DNA from: Lama guanicoe
Taxonomy: Eukaryota
Length of the DNA: 64,000 nt
NCBI GenBank assembly: GCA_013239625.1
Contig: MU053304.1
Span: 1,798,001-1,862,000, forward strand
Direction of reading: 5' to 3'
Of this stretch, positions 36,134 through 47,900 are shown one piece after another. The position numbers were made by a program, and so were the translations under genes. The notes under the pieces are model-generated. The model saw only the letters and a program-made list of their open reading frames with translations, was not told the DNA's origin and did no database searches. How positions within the stretch are numbered: position 1 is the first letter of the stretch; every line of letters starts with the position of its first letter.

Positions 36134-37654
36134 CATATCCCCCTCCTCTGGGGACCCTGTCATATTGTGGCTTAATGTTTTCTTCAGTTCCTTGACCACT
36201 GCCTGTCCTCCCCACTCGCCCCCTGTCAAAGCTCACTTCTTTTTTTTTTTTCTCCCAAAGCTCACTTCTTCATGAAGGCAGTCTTCATCGATGTATCCTT
36301 AGCTTCGAGCCCAGTCCCCTAGCACATAGTAGGTTTAAATGCATATTCATTGGCTGCGTCTACACGTATCTTTTGGAACTGTTTTCTATTCTCTACATGT
36401 TCTCCAGATTGGACACTTGTTGGAAAAGGGATTTATTTGACCATTAATTTCAAGAGAAATGATATTGCTGAGAAAGATAAGCTATATGAAACGTTAACTA
36501 TTAGTTTAGTCAAACAGTTTAAAAAAAACGAGTGAGTCCCTTGACAGATTTTGCAGCCACGGATACACAGCGTTGCTGCAGAGGGCGTGTGGAACTTGCG
36601 TGCTTGCCTTTGGTGGGGAGGTCGTAGGCTTCAGCCAGCTGGTGTCCCAGTGTTGGGACCAAGTTGCCAGCCCACCAGATTCCGCACTTGTGTGATACCT
36701 GCTCTTCTGAGGAGGGATGGAAGTCGCGACGACATGGGCTTCTGGGGGTCACTGGTACTTCTCTGGTAATTTCTAGTTACCAGCGGCGTCCAGTCTGCTG
36801 TGCAGGAACACGGGAGTCACCGACGAGCGTGAGAGCCATGGTCCATTCAACACAGGGGTTGCAGTGAGGCCCCCAGGGATACTGCCCTAGAGGCATGCTT
36901 TACAGATTAGGTCTTTCTGAGTAGCCGCCCGTGTTAATTCATAGTAGCACGTTCACCGTGGCATGTTAATGCTTCTAGGCTCTGTGTGCTCCCCTTTCTC
37001 TTACAGACCTGGCACTGTATCCTGAGACAAATGAGTCCCATACTGTCATCACTCTCTGTGAACGCTGGTCTCCCTTTTATTTGTCTTTAAGTTGTAGAGG
37101 GTGCCCCCCATTCTTGTCTCTTAGGATTTGGTGAATGAATCCAGAATCATTCATGATTGTGTACTTCGTGGCTGTGGAGGTTTGGATCACTTGCCTTCTG
37201 ATTCTTTGCAGTTGGAGGAGACCTACCTTTTACAGCCTTCCCCCCCCCGAAAAGTCAGGGTGCTTTCAGTGCCTGTAATTACATGCAGTTGTACACCAAG
37301 CCCACCGGAGCTGCGTTCAGTGGGCGGGTGGGGTTAGTAGAGCTGAGATGTCAACTCTGCGTGAGGTGGCCTGGAGGGCTGAGAGAATTTGACGCCTGGT
37401 GGCTGAAGAGCGCTGGGCTAGCTTTTGCGACACACACCCTGCTCATTAGTGCATCTTGGGTGACCCGGTTTCCTTGGCCTCGCCTGCTAAATCTTTCTGA
37501 TTGCCTCGGCCTGACTTCTCTACGTCCTCTTTAGGCACAGGACGCTTTTTAAATTCACTCACTCTATATATATGTAGCTAATTTCTACATTAAAATATTT
37601 ATTTTTATAAGGAAGAGTCAGAAAATACATCAGGTTGGGGGGCCTCAGATGCAG

Positions 37655-37815
37655 CATTGCTTTCCTGAAGCATTCGTGCTGTGTGGGCTCCCCCCTGCAG
37701 CCTGGCACTTCAGAATCATGGCAAAATCCCATGGAGCCTCTAAAATCCCAGGCTGATGAAATCTGAGTCTTTGGAGGAGGTTCTGGGCATCCTCATGTGC
37801 GGCCAGAGATAGCCC
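37655..37815. mobile_element. MER5-like MITE
   Basis: cagaatcatggcaaaatcccatggagcct...ggttctgggcatcctcatgtgcggcc. Confidence 0.4.
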
Positions 37816-37914
37816 TGCCCTGGTGCTCAAAGACAGACAGACTGTAAGGTGGTGGACAGTATTTTGCTTCTTAACGATTGGAACCAAGATCAGAACCAAG
37901 ATGAGGAAACTTCT

Positions 37915-38382
37915 GTGTCAGTACCATAACCTGGGTGGCTTCAAGTAACAAATTGCTTGTCTCACAGTTCTGAAGGCCAGAAGTCCGAAACCAAGGTGCG
38001 GCAGTGTTGATTTCTTACGAGGCCGGTCAGTGAGAGTCCGTTCCAGGCCCTCCCCCAGCTGCTGGAGGCTGCCGCCAATCTTGGCCTGCCTTGGCTGGTG
38101 GATGCCGTCACTACATACCTCTCCCTTCCCGGGGCCTCCTCCCTGGGTCTTCTCACATCGCCTGCCCTCTGTGCACGGCTGCTTCTGTGTCCAGTTTTTC
38201 TTTTTTTCATAAGGACAGCAGACATATTGAATTGGGGTCCACCCTAGAGACCTCATTTTAACTCAGCTACCTCGGTCATGACCCTCTTTCCAAATAAGGT
38301 CACATTTTAGGTACTGGGTGTTAAGACTTCAGCATATTATTTGAGACATAATTATCATATGAGACACAATTCAACTCATCAC
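37915..38382 (-). mobile_element. MLT1A/B/C-type MaLR LTR
   Basis: ctgggtggctt...tctcacagttctgaaggccagaagtcc...ataaggac...ttccaaataaggtcacatt...acacaattcaac. Confidence 0.85.
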
Positions 38383-41300
38383 AATTTCCCAGTTGTGGTA
38401 ATATCAAGGTTAAAGGAGCTATTTGGAGTATTACCATCACGCGGCAGAAGGAATCCTGGAGGGATGGAGAAGGCTGTTGGGAAATCTGAAGGGACCACAG
38501 TGTTTAGGAAATAACTGGAGAGGAGTGAATGGCTGTCCCTGGTGTTGAGGGACACAGGCCTCAACCTTGGCCGTTATCACCAAGGTTTTGGATGAGGGCT
38601 TCCAGCAAGCGTGAGTTTTCACATACACCACTGTGTGTGCTAAGCTCATTCTGAGGCTGTTTGAGACCCAGCTCCCAAATGGACCTGAAAACAAGAGTAA
38701 AGCAAGTGCAGCTGATGCCTGTCAGGATCCTGTGGGTACGGGATCCTTCTCCTGCACTGAGAGCAGTGAAGGAGGACAGTAGCTATTCGTTAAATTAGCC
38801 CTTAGATTAAAAACGGGGGCAAGTCTGTCACAAGCATACATGATATTAAATGCAGTTACTTTCCATCCATCAAGGGACAATCATGATGAGGTCATGGATA
38901 TCTAGTTATCACTTTAATCCTTCCAAAATTTAAAAAATATTGATAGCGTGAATGGGACGGTGATGTTGCTTCTAAATCCAAAAAAGTACAGCTCTGTCTT
39001 TTATCTTTGTATTGAAGACAGTAATGCTTTGAAACATCAGACTCCATAGGACCTTTTTCTTGAATATTACAGCCAATGTAGATTAAAAAAAATCGTTGTA
39101 ATCACTCATCTGTCCTATTTACAAGAAGAAGAGAGTGTCTCTGCTCTTCCAATGTAGCTGCCTGGAGCTGTGGGGTATCCTAGCTGACTTCTACTCCCTC
39201 CCTCTTTCAGTTCAGATGTTCTGTGTTCCACATAAAACAAGAGTCAAGGGAGGGATCTGGAACCGTAAAGAAAAAGCCCTTGAAATCGACAATGTTGGGT
39301 GAACTTGAACTGGCATCCCCATCTCAGACTTCCTTGAACCACAAGGATTCAGTTCATCTGACCACAGGAGACATGAGTGGAAAGCGTTGTGTTGGGTGGA
39401 GGTGCAGTTCCCCGTCTGCCAGCAGAGAAGCTCTTCCTGGCCTGGTCAGGTGGAAGGAAATGCCTCAAACGTGAAGGCGACCCGGGAAGGGAAGTGGTGA
39501 GGAAGTTATTCCAAAGGGCGGAAGTCCAACGAAAGCGGAGGCTGACATTTCAAGGAGAGGATGAGATGGATAGGATGGTGAACCCGGAGAGAAGATGAAA
39601 ATACTGGCCTTCCAGAGGGAGGTGAGGAGGAAGAGACCCCAGTGCCACGAGGCGTGGAGCGGGCGGTGTAGGGAAGGCAAGGATTCTATAAGAAACAGTC
39701 CACAGGAGGTGGGCCAGCATGGAGGTTTCGAAGAAGTCATGCTCACGGGAAGGGAAAGCGGGCCTCACCCCTGCACACTCACCTGAGTCAAAGAGCAGGT
39801 GCACGTGCAGGCTGTGAATTATTGAGCGCCAGGCACCCGACACAACGCTGGGGGAGAGAGGCCTGTGTAATGTGTCCTTTCCACTTCCTATGGCTCTGTG
39901 AGCATTCCTAAAGTGGAGGGGCAATGTTTCTGCATGAGAATTTCAAGTCCACTCTGCCACGGACTTTTGCAAAAAGAAAAAGAAGAACAAACAATCAAAC
40001 AAAAAGCCCCAGTCTGCCTCCTGCCCCAGCCCCTGCCCACGATGGCCCCCTCTGCAGATTTCCCCTGGTTCCTCATGAATCATGCATACATTAATCACGA
40101 AACCTTTTGGGGGACCATCTCAGGAGTTCTTCTTGGGAGATAAACATCTGGAGATCCTGAGCAAAAACATCTCTCATCCAGTTTTGTTGCTTAGGGAGGA
40201 GGACTTTGTTGAAGGGGCTGAAAACAGGGAAGGCATGGTGGACCTAAAAGAACAGTCCTTCACTGGAGCAAACATGAGCCACTGAAGAATCACAGCAGCA
40301 CGTAAATGTAGGGTCTCAAGTATTAGCGTTAAACCGCTCAGCGTATATAACCATGTGACTGCTTTTTCCGTGCTCATTTAATCTTATGAAACTGTCATGT
40401 ATCAAATGTCAGACGTATTTTCAGAAGCGCTGAATCCTCACAACAACCTTTTGAGGCAGATGAGTGTATGCGCTGGAGGGACTGTGGCTCAGAAGGGTGA
40501 GGGGCGTGGCCGGGACCTCACAGCAGGTGCACGTGAGCGGTGATGGGGCTGAAGCCTGGGCCTGCTGAGTGCAGGCGCACAGCTCACCACCACTTGCAGC
40601 TCAGTCAGCTCTTGCACATCGTCAAGGGCACTGATTTTGCGGCCACCTCTGTGCCATTGCCAGTGAGCGTGGGAGATGGGATCTCGCCTCAGCAGCAGCA
40701 CGACTGAAAGGACTCTAGCTTCCTTCCGTTTGGATCTCTCCTGAGAGGTTCCTGAAATCCCAGGAGGGCAGCCCTGGAGGTCCCGCTTCTGGGAGACCTG
40801 CTGTATTGGGCCCTCCTGGAAGATGGGGTTCACGGCTCACCAGCGTGCCTGGCCCTCTTGCAAGCTGGGCACAGGCCCTGGGGACCTGTCAGGCCTGGAG
40901 GACTGGGGTCTCCAGCCCATGCTCCCCCAACCCCAACTGATGCTATAAAAGAGAAAAGAGGAGATGCCGATGGAATGGGGGCCAGAACAGGGCTGGTCGG
41001 TCATTTCCTCTGACGTGGGAGCTGGGATGGCGGAGGTGGGGCTTGAGCACCGTCCCCTGGGTGGTATAACAAGACTGCTTCCCGATGAGAAGCCTGGAGG
41101 GACGCGCTGAGCGGTGAGAAGTCAGGGGAGCCTGTGTCCTCTGTCTGCTCTTGCCCATCCTTTGTGCTTTGGGCCACCCTGAAGTCCAGCTATCTTCTGG
41201 ACAGTAATGAGGTGCGACTTGACAGCTCAGAGAAGCTTCAGGTCCACAAGTTCTCTGAACTGAACCAAGGTGAATGCAGACCAAGGATCAGAGCTGACAG

Positions 41301-42711
41301 TGCCTGGCAGATTGTGGGTGCGGAGGGGGTCAGGCAGGGGGGATTGTGGAAACAAAGCAGACAGTGGAGCTGGTCCCCTTCCTCTCGTGCTGACAGCAGC
41401 CGCTGCGGTGCAGAAACTTCCCCCCCCGCCTGGTCTGGCGAAACCAATGAAGCTCATTCAACAGTCTTTTTGACTTGTCCTCGTGGGAGGAAGGTGTCTT
41501 TGGTGGCTTCTGTTGTGTGGCGTGGCATGTGCTGGCTCTCCGGTGTGCTTTCAAAGTGGGATTCATTAGCAGGTATCCCTGGCTGGCCCCGCCCCCAGCA
41601 AGGACACGCACGCACGTGAACCTCTGTCCCGGCCATCCCCTCATGTGCTGTCTGTGGCTTGAACAGTGTAACAAGATCGACACCTTCCAGAACAACGTGA
41701 TTTTTACGTAAAAGATGAGCTTCATGAGCAGATGAGTACTGCTGATGGCTGGTGAGTGTCCTTGACTTCTTAGTTTCCCTTTGGGTGCCCTGTCACCCTC
41801 AAGGTGATGAGCGTCAGAGCGTCACCTTGCCAGTGGTGACAGAATATAGCAGGTGGACGGTAAACTCCATGAAAGTAGGGGACCCCAGGGCAGCCTTCAC
41901 CACCGGATCTAGCTAGCGCCATCACTGTCAGCGCTCACAGCTATTTGTGATAAATGGATGTGTGGTGACCTGATTAAGGCGGAGCCTAGTGAATGGTCCT
42001 TCAAAGAGAGCAGAGCACAGAGGTGGTGGAGGGATTTGTGCCACTCAGGAGTTCACGGGAGCAGGGGTCCTGGGCCAGTGCATGGAGCATCTGGAAACCT
42101 TGTGGGGTTTGCGTACTTTGAGGAGAGTTTACTAATGGAACTGTTTACACGGGAGTTGGGCAGGACATGGAAAAACCAGAGGGGTTGCTGCGGTGCCCCA
42201 GGGCTGACAGCGGCTCATTTACAGCCATAGGTCTGAAGGGGTGAGGGACGGAGGAGCCTTTCTTGGAAGCTGGAGATTAAGGAGATGGTGTTAGAGACTT
42301 CAGGGAAGGATACAGCCAGCCTGGAGTGATCTGCAAGGAGGAGCTGGGGTGACAGATACCCTTTCCTGGCAGGCTCTGGCCAATGTGCCCTGCAGGCTCC
42401 CCCTACCCAGTGGCCAGAGGCAAGGGAGCCTGAGGATGAGCCCGCACATGGCAGCCCCAGGGCTCAGAGCAGGTCGGGAGGAGGTTCCTGCACAGCCTGT
42501 CCGTGTGGGCACAACTCTCTGCTGTGCCAACATTTGGTGCCTCAGTCCCCTCTGGCGCTGTGCGCCTGGGCCCTGCCCTGGCTTTCTGGGCTGAGGAGTG
42601 GTTAGTGATGGGCGTTCTCAAAAGATCCTCCTGCTCCTGAAGGCAGCTCTGCATAGCTCCCAAAACACGTGGCCAGTGGGTGAAGGAACATTTAACAAAT
42701 TGTTGGTAGTC

Positions 42712-43252
42712 CTGTGAGCTGGTCTTCTCAAAAGTGGCTGCAATAATATTTCCGATCCTATAGACTCTTCCAGAAATTTGCCACTCTTCCATTGAGGGGC
42801 TGAGTCAAGATCTCTTCGCCTTAAACACACGCAAGCCTTGTGGCTGCTTCTGGGAAGAGAATGTGGTAGGAGTGTCATGGCGTGACTTCTAGGTTAGAAA
42901 AAGCGATGACTTCCACCTCTCTCTCTCTCTTTCTCAGTTTCTCTGTCTCTGCACCTTTAGAGCTGCCAGTTACCATCTAAGAATTCTGGCTCCTTCGAGG
43001 CTACCATCCTAGAGAGACCACACAGAGACAGAGAGATGCCCGGGGCCCCCAGCTGCCCCAGACAGGAGACACTGAGCGAGCCTGCATACGGCGACAGCCC
43101 CAGCTTTGACCTCTTGATGCCAAGTGGGGCAGAGATGAGCTGTTTCTGCTGAGCGCTTCTCAAATTGCTGATCTGTGGGCAAAATCAACCTAGTCATTTT
43201 TGTAAGCCCCCTAAGTTTTGGCGTGGTTTGTGCCATGGCTATAGGTAACAGT
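42712..43252 (+). mobile_element. MLT1F/G/H-type MaLR LTR
   Basis: tgtgacttctagg...ggctaccatcctagagagaccaca...gctgagcgcttctcaaattgctgat...taagttttggcgtggtttg. Confidence 0.7.
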
Positions 43253-43621
43253 CAGAAAGAGTAGCCTGAGAATGTGAAGTTTTGATTTCCTTTTGTCTTG
43301 TGTTGATGATACATTTCTGCAAATTTTTCCTACTTTCCACCCACAGACCAGAGAGCTTTGTAGTATGTAGTATAATCACACCTAGTGGTGAGCATGTCCA
43401 GTGTCAAGCACTGGACTCAGGGCTTTACCTCTGTTATTTCATGTGACTTCTCACAGCCCCCCGAGGTCTCCTATTACTGCCCCTCCTGGAATAACAAACA
43501 AGGAGGCAGATGTAGGGAAGAGTGGTTACTATCTATACAGACTGAACCCGGCAACTTGATTCATGTCTTGCATGTAAAATCCTAAAAAGCACAGTTCTCT
43601 GTGAAGTCTGGACACTGCAGC

Positions 43622-44085
43622 CGTTCATTCAGTGGGTATTTACTGAGCACCAGTAAATTGCAGACATGATGCGTGGTGGTGGGCAGAGGGCAGTGAACAA
43701 AACAGACAAGATTCCTGCTTTCTTGGAGCTTATATTCCAGTTCAGGGAAGACAGATGGTAAAGAAGTAAATAAAGGAGAAAATAGCAGAGAGTGAGAAGC
43801 GCAGTGCAGAGAAGAGAGGAAGTGATGACATCGTAGGGGACTGGTTGACTCCACTGGGTGGGAGGCAATATTCAACCAGAGAAGTGACTTTCAAGGAGCC
43901 AGAGAGAGCAGATTTGGAAAGACTGCTTACAGCAAGGGGAACCATTTCTGTGGCCTTCTGTGAGACAAGCTTGGCACGTTCAAATACTCAAAGGAAATCC
44001 AGTGTGGCTGGAGCCGAGTAGACCACAGGCGGATGTGGACCTGGAGTCTCTTGATGAGTGATGGTTACGTGGACACCAGTAGTGG
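43622..44085 (+). mobile_element. L2 fragment
   Basis: ttcattcag...tatttactgagcacc...cagtgaacaaaacagacaagattcctgctttcttggagcttatattccag; orientation convention uncertain. Confidence 0.7.
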
Positions 44086-44100
44086 TTTCATCATCTACTG

Positions 44101-44252
44101 TTGTTTTTGTTGTTGTTGTTGTTGGGAGAGGGGAGGTAATTAGGTTTATTTACTTATTTATTAATTTTTTTTTAGTAAAGGTACTGGGGATTGACCCTCG
44201 GACCTCATGCATGCTAGGCATGTGCTCTACCACTGAGCTAGACCCTCCGCCC
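44101..44252 (-). mobile_element. Vic-1-like SINE with (TTG)n tail
   Basis: gaggtaattaggtttattt...ggtactggggattgaccctcggacctcatgcatgctaggcatgtgctctaccactgagcta. Confidence 0.9.
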
Positions 44253-44527
44253 TTCATCTGTTGGTTATTGATCAATAATTTCACAGTAGCTTCAGCTAGA
44301 ATGGCAGGCACAGGAATTGCAGAAGTTGTCACATCTTATCCTTCTTTAAATATTTTTGTCATGTATTTATTTTTATTTTTCTGATTATAGAAGCAACACA
44401 TGCTTGTTATTAACAGATTTGGAAATATAGCAAAAGTATAAAAAAGAAGAAAAAGTTCACTATTAACAGGCCACCACTATTAACATTTCACGCATTTTGC
44501 CTTTTTTTCATACTTCAGGTCAGACGT

Positions 44528-44729
44528 GAGCTGTCCAGTATGGTAGACAGTGGCCACATATGTATGGTTATTTAAATGAATATTAGACTAGTAAAAAAAT
44601 TAAAAATTCAGTCCCTCCGTCACAGTAGTCACATTTAAGGTATTCAAAAGCTATGGCTGCCATGTGGATAGCACAGAATAGAATATTTCTGTCATCAGAG
44701 AAAGTGCCATTGGACAGTGCAGTGCTAGA
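44528..44729. mobile_element. MER3-like hAT-Charlie MITE
   Basis: TIR-like ctgtccag...ttggacagtgc; tggccacat...aaattaaaaattcagt..ctc.gtcaca.tag.cacattt. Confidence 0.75.
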
Positions 44730-47729
44730 CATAAGCCCACTTCTGTGTTTTTAAAGGTAAGAGTTATTTTTTCTTAGTGTGTTTGTGGTTCCTGTGAAGT
44801 TCTGACTTACCGCAGAGCTGACGTTGCCCACTGTTTATTTAGATACCCGTGGCTCGTGCACCAGCTTCCCCTTCCCTTTATAATGCTCCGGCTCCCTGGG
44901 GAACCCCACAGAAGATCTGTTGCGTCCCACAGTCAAGCCCATCTGACGCTTTGGGTGCCCCGGGCGTGTTCTCCCTGGGGGTGCAGGCCAGCCCCCTCCC
45001 CAGAGTCTTGTCACTCGCCCACGAGATGATGAATGGTCTGCGGTTCCTCTCTCAACATTGCCTCTAATAGCTCGGATCCTGAGTACGCAGGTGTCGTCAT
45101 GAGACGGCCTGGGGCCCCATCTGCCTTGACCCTATGGGAGGCTCAGTGAGGGGGCCTGTGTGACAGAACCAGACTGGAGTCAGCTTCCACTCTGAATGAG
45201 CGCCAGGCAACCCTGCGCCGTGCCCGTGAAATCCGGCCTCAACCTTTGAATGACCATAAAGAAGAATGATTTCTTGAGGCCTGGTAAGGATGTTGGCAAC
45301 TCCTGTTCCGGAACTTTAATGGTTTCTGAATAACGTAGGGTCTCCACCAGAATCTGGCCCAGAAGCTTTGATCTGAAGGCAGAATGTTGAGGCAGCCAGC
45401 TGTCGGCAGCCTCAAAGAGGACTGGTGTCCTTGAGCTGATTCCAGTCTTTCTGGCATGAGCATGGCCTGTGTCCTCAATTTCACTTAGAACTCTCTGCCT
45501 GTGTTTTATGGACAAAGTTTCTTGCAGAAAAATTTTAAGATCCTTTCCCCATTTCTCCCTTCTATGTCTCAGCTACTTCTTAGGTATATTCTTGGTTTGT
45601 ACTGAGAACGTGTACCCTTTCGGGATCGAGCTGTTAGGAGCTGCTCCTTCACTTCCTGTACCACAGAGTGATGCGCACAGCCTCCCTGTAATAGTCGTCC
45701 GCGGGCGAGTATAGAACGCAAATTGGGCTAAGGCGGTGTGAGGGCTTTGTGGGTCTCCGTCACCCCCCAGGGCAGCCTTTCAGGAGGGCCTCCAATCAGG
45801 AACCAAGCCAGTGCAAGCCGCAGCACCTCCGCTCTCTGGCTCCTTCTGGTCTGATGGGTGGTGGACACGGTCATGAGAGCATGACCTCAAAATTCTCTCA
45901 ATTCTATGAAAGGCACTAAGTCTGGGTGGAGCAAGGGACACCATTTGGCCCAGTTTGGGCTTCAAAAACTCTCTAAGCTGCAGCACGTCTGTTTTGTTAG
46001 CTGCCATGTGGCATCAAAGCTCTGAGTTCAGGGGCCCCAGGAAGAGGTTGCTGACACATGATGCCCTCTGGGCCCCCGCAGCCACATTTACAGTGGCATC
46101 TGCTCACATCCCCGAGTGGAGGCCAGAGCTTGCTGTCACTGCGGCTGAGAGAACGTGATCTCTCTCTGCTGGTGTCCAGACCCACCTTCCCACCTCCCTC
46201 CTCCCTCCTCCTTCCTGCTTTTTCCCTCTTCCTTCCTTCCCTCCCTCCTCCTTCCTCATTACATTAACATTTTATTTTTTCTTTTTCATTAGAAACTGAA
46301 TATAATCATGTTGCTGAAACATTTAAGCCACAGGGAATTAGCTCAGCTTTCACTCTAATAGACAACATGCTTGTCAGGAAATGTCCTGGGGACAGTATTA
46401 ACAAACCTAGGGGACCCATAGCTCTCACATGGCTGTCATTGATTGGGGACACACACGATTCTGTAGTGGTGCCCCAAATTGTAGAAGCATAAAACTGAAG
46501 GAATAATGAATAAAAATACCAGTGGTGAACATACCCCCCAGCCATGTACACATGACCCTGGGCAATTTATATAATAGTCATTAAAGAGGTCTGTTTGCTC
46601 CTGTGAACATTGAGATTAAAACACTATGCTCAGCAATCCCAAAGGTGCTGGCTTGTCAGAAGCTCTCTGTGTCTTCATACGTCACTCCCCTTTCCCACTT
46701 TTCTATGTGTCACTTTGCAGAGTGGTCAAACCGAAGTGCTGTTTTAGGCAGATGCATGTCTGCATCCGGATGGATAGTGCCGGGCAGGCCTTTCAACTCA
46801 TCAGTCACTCCGATGGGCATTTTGTTGCGGTGAATCCTGTGGGTCCCCTCTGGATGCTATAGTCCTGCTGAAGCGAAATATGGGACAGGAGCCATTATCT
46901 AGGCCATTTGGGACAGAGCAGATATTGGAGTCATCCCGCCAACAGGATCTTTTCCACGTCTTTGATGCAGAAGTCATGGTCAGCTGAGTGCTTGTGTGAG
47001 CATCGGATGTGATACAGAGATGTTGTAGAGCTAGTCTTACATTCATCTTCAGCCTTTAATCATGATACATCTCCCCAAGGATATCAGGTGTTCCTCCGTC
47101 AAGGGGACATTTTCCCACCAAACAAAACATTTGTTGGTTTCATCTTCAAAAGAGTAGCGTTTGGTCAGTTCCTTTCAGGCACTGACTGGTGGCCTCCATT
47201 TTCAATCACCTGCTATCACTCTAGTCAGAACAACAAATAGTGGAGGGAGCTATTCCTGTACCAAGTCACACAGCCAGAAAGCTATGCACCTGGTGGCATT
47301 TTTCAAGCTCCCAGCAGAACTGTATGAATAGAAAAAGGTTAACATTCTGCCCTCAGTTTTTATTAAGGGTCATGGTAAGAAATGGCTACATGGGTTTGTC
47401 CTCTTCAGTAAAACATCTATGGAGGATGTTATCCATCATGTTAAATGTATTTAATGTAACGATACACATGGAAATTTCTGTTGCGTTTGGAGCTGGAGAA
47501 ATTGTATCTCTACTGATTAATGTGTATGATTAAGTCAGATAAAAACTACTTAATGTGTCATGTTTCATCTTTGCCTCGACTCAGATAATTTTTGTGCTCA
47601 ATTGTAGAAAGTTTTCTAAGTTTAGTTTTTAAAAAGATGATTCCCACCCTTCTTCACCCTTATTTTTGTGATTTGTCTTTGGGTTACCAATAAAATATTT
47701 GGTTTGTTCTATTGAAACTGTGCTTTTTA

Positions 47730-47900
47730 AAAAAATAACTTAACTCTTTTTTTATTTGTATTTAAAAAATTTGGGGGGGCAGTTAATTAGGTTTGTTTGT
47801 TTGTTTATTTATTTATGTATTAATAGAGGTACTGGGGATTGAACCCAGGACCTTTTGCATGCCACGCATGTGCTCTACCACTGAGCTATACCCTCCCCAC
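47730..47900 (-). mobile_element. Vic-1-like SINE
   Basis: Perfect 17-bp TSD TGAAACTGTGCTTTTTA at 47713-47729 and 47901-47917. Confidence 0.92.
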
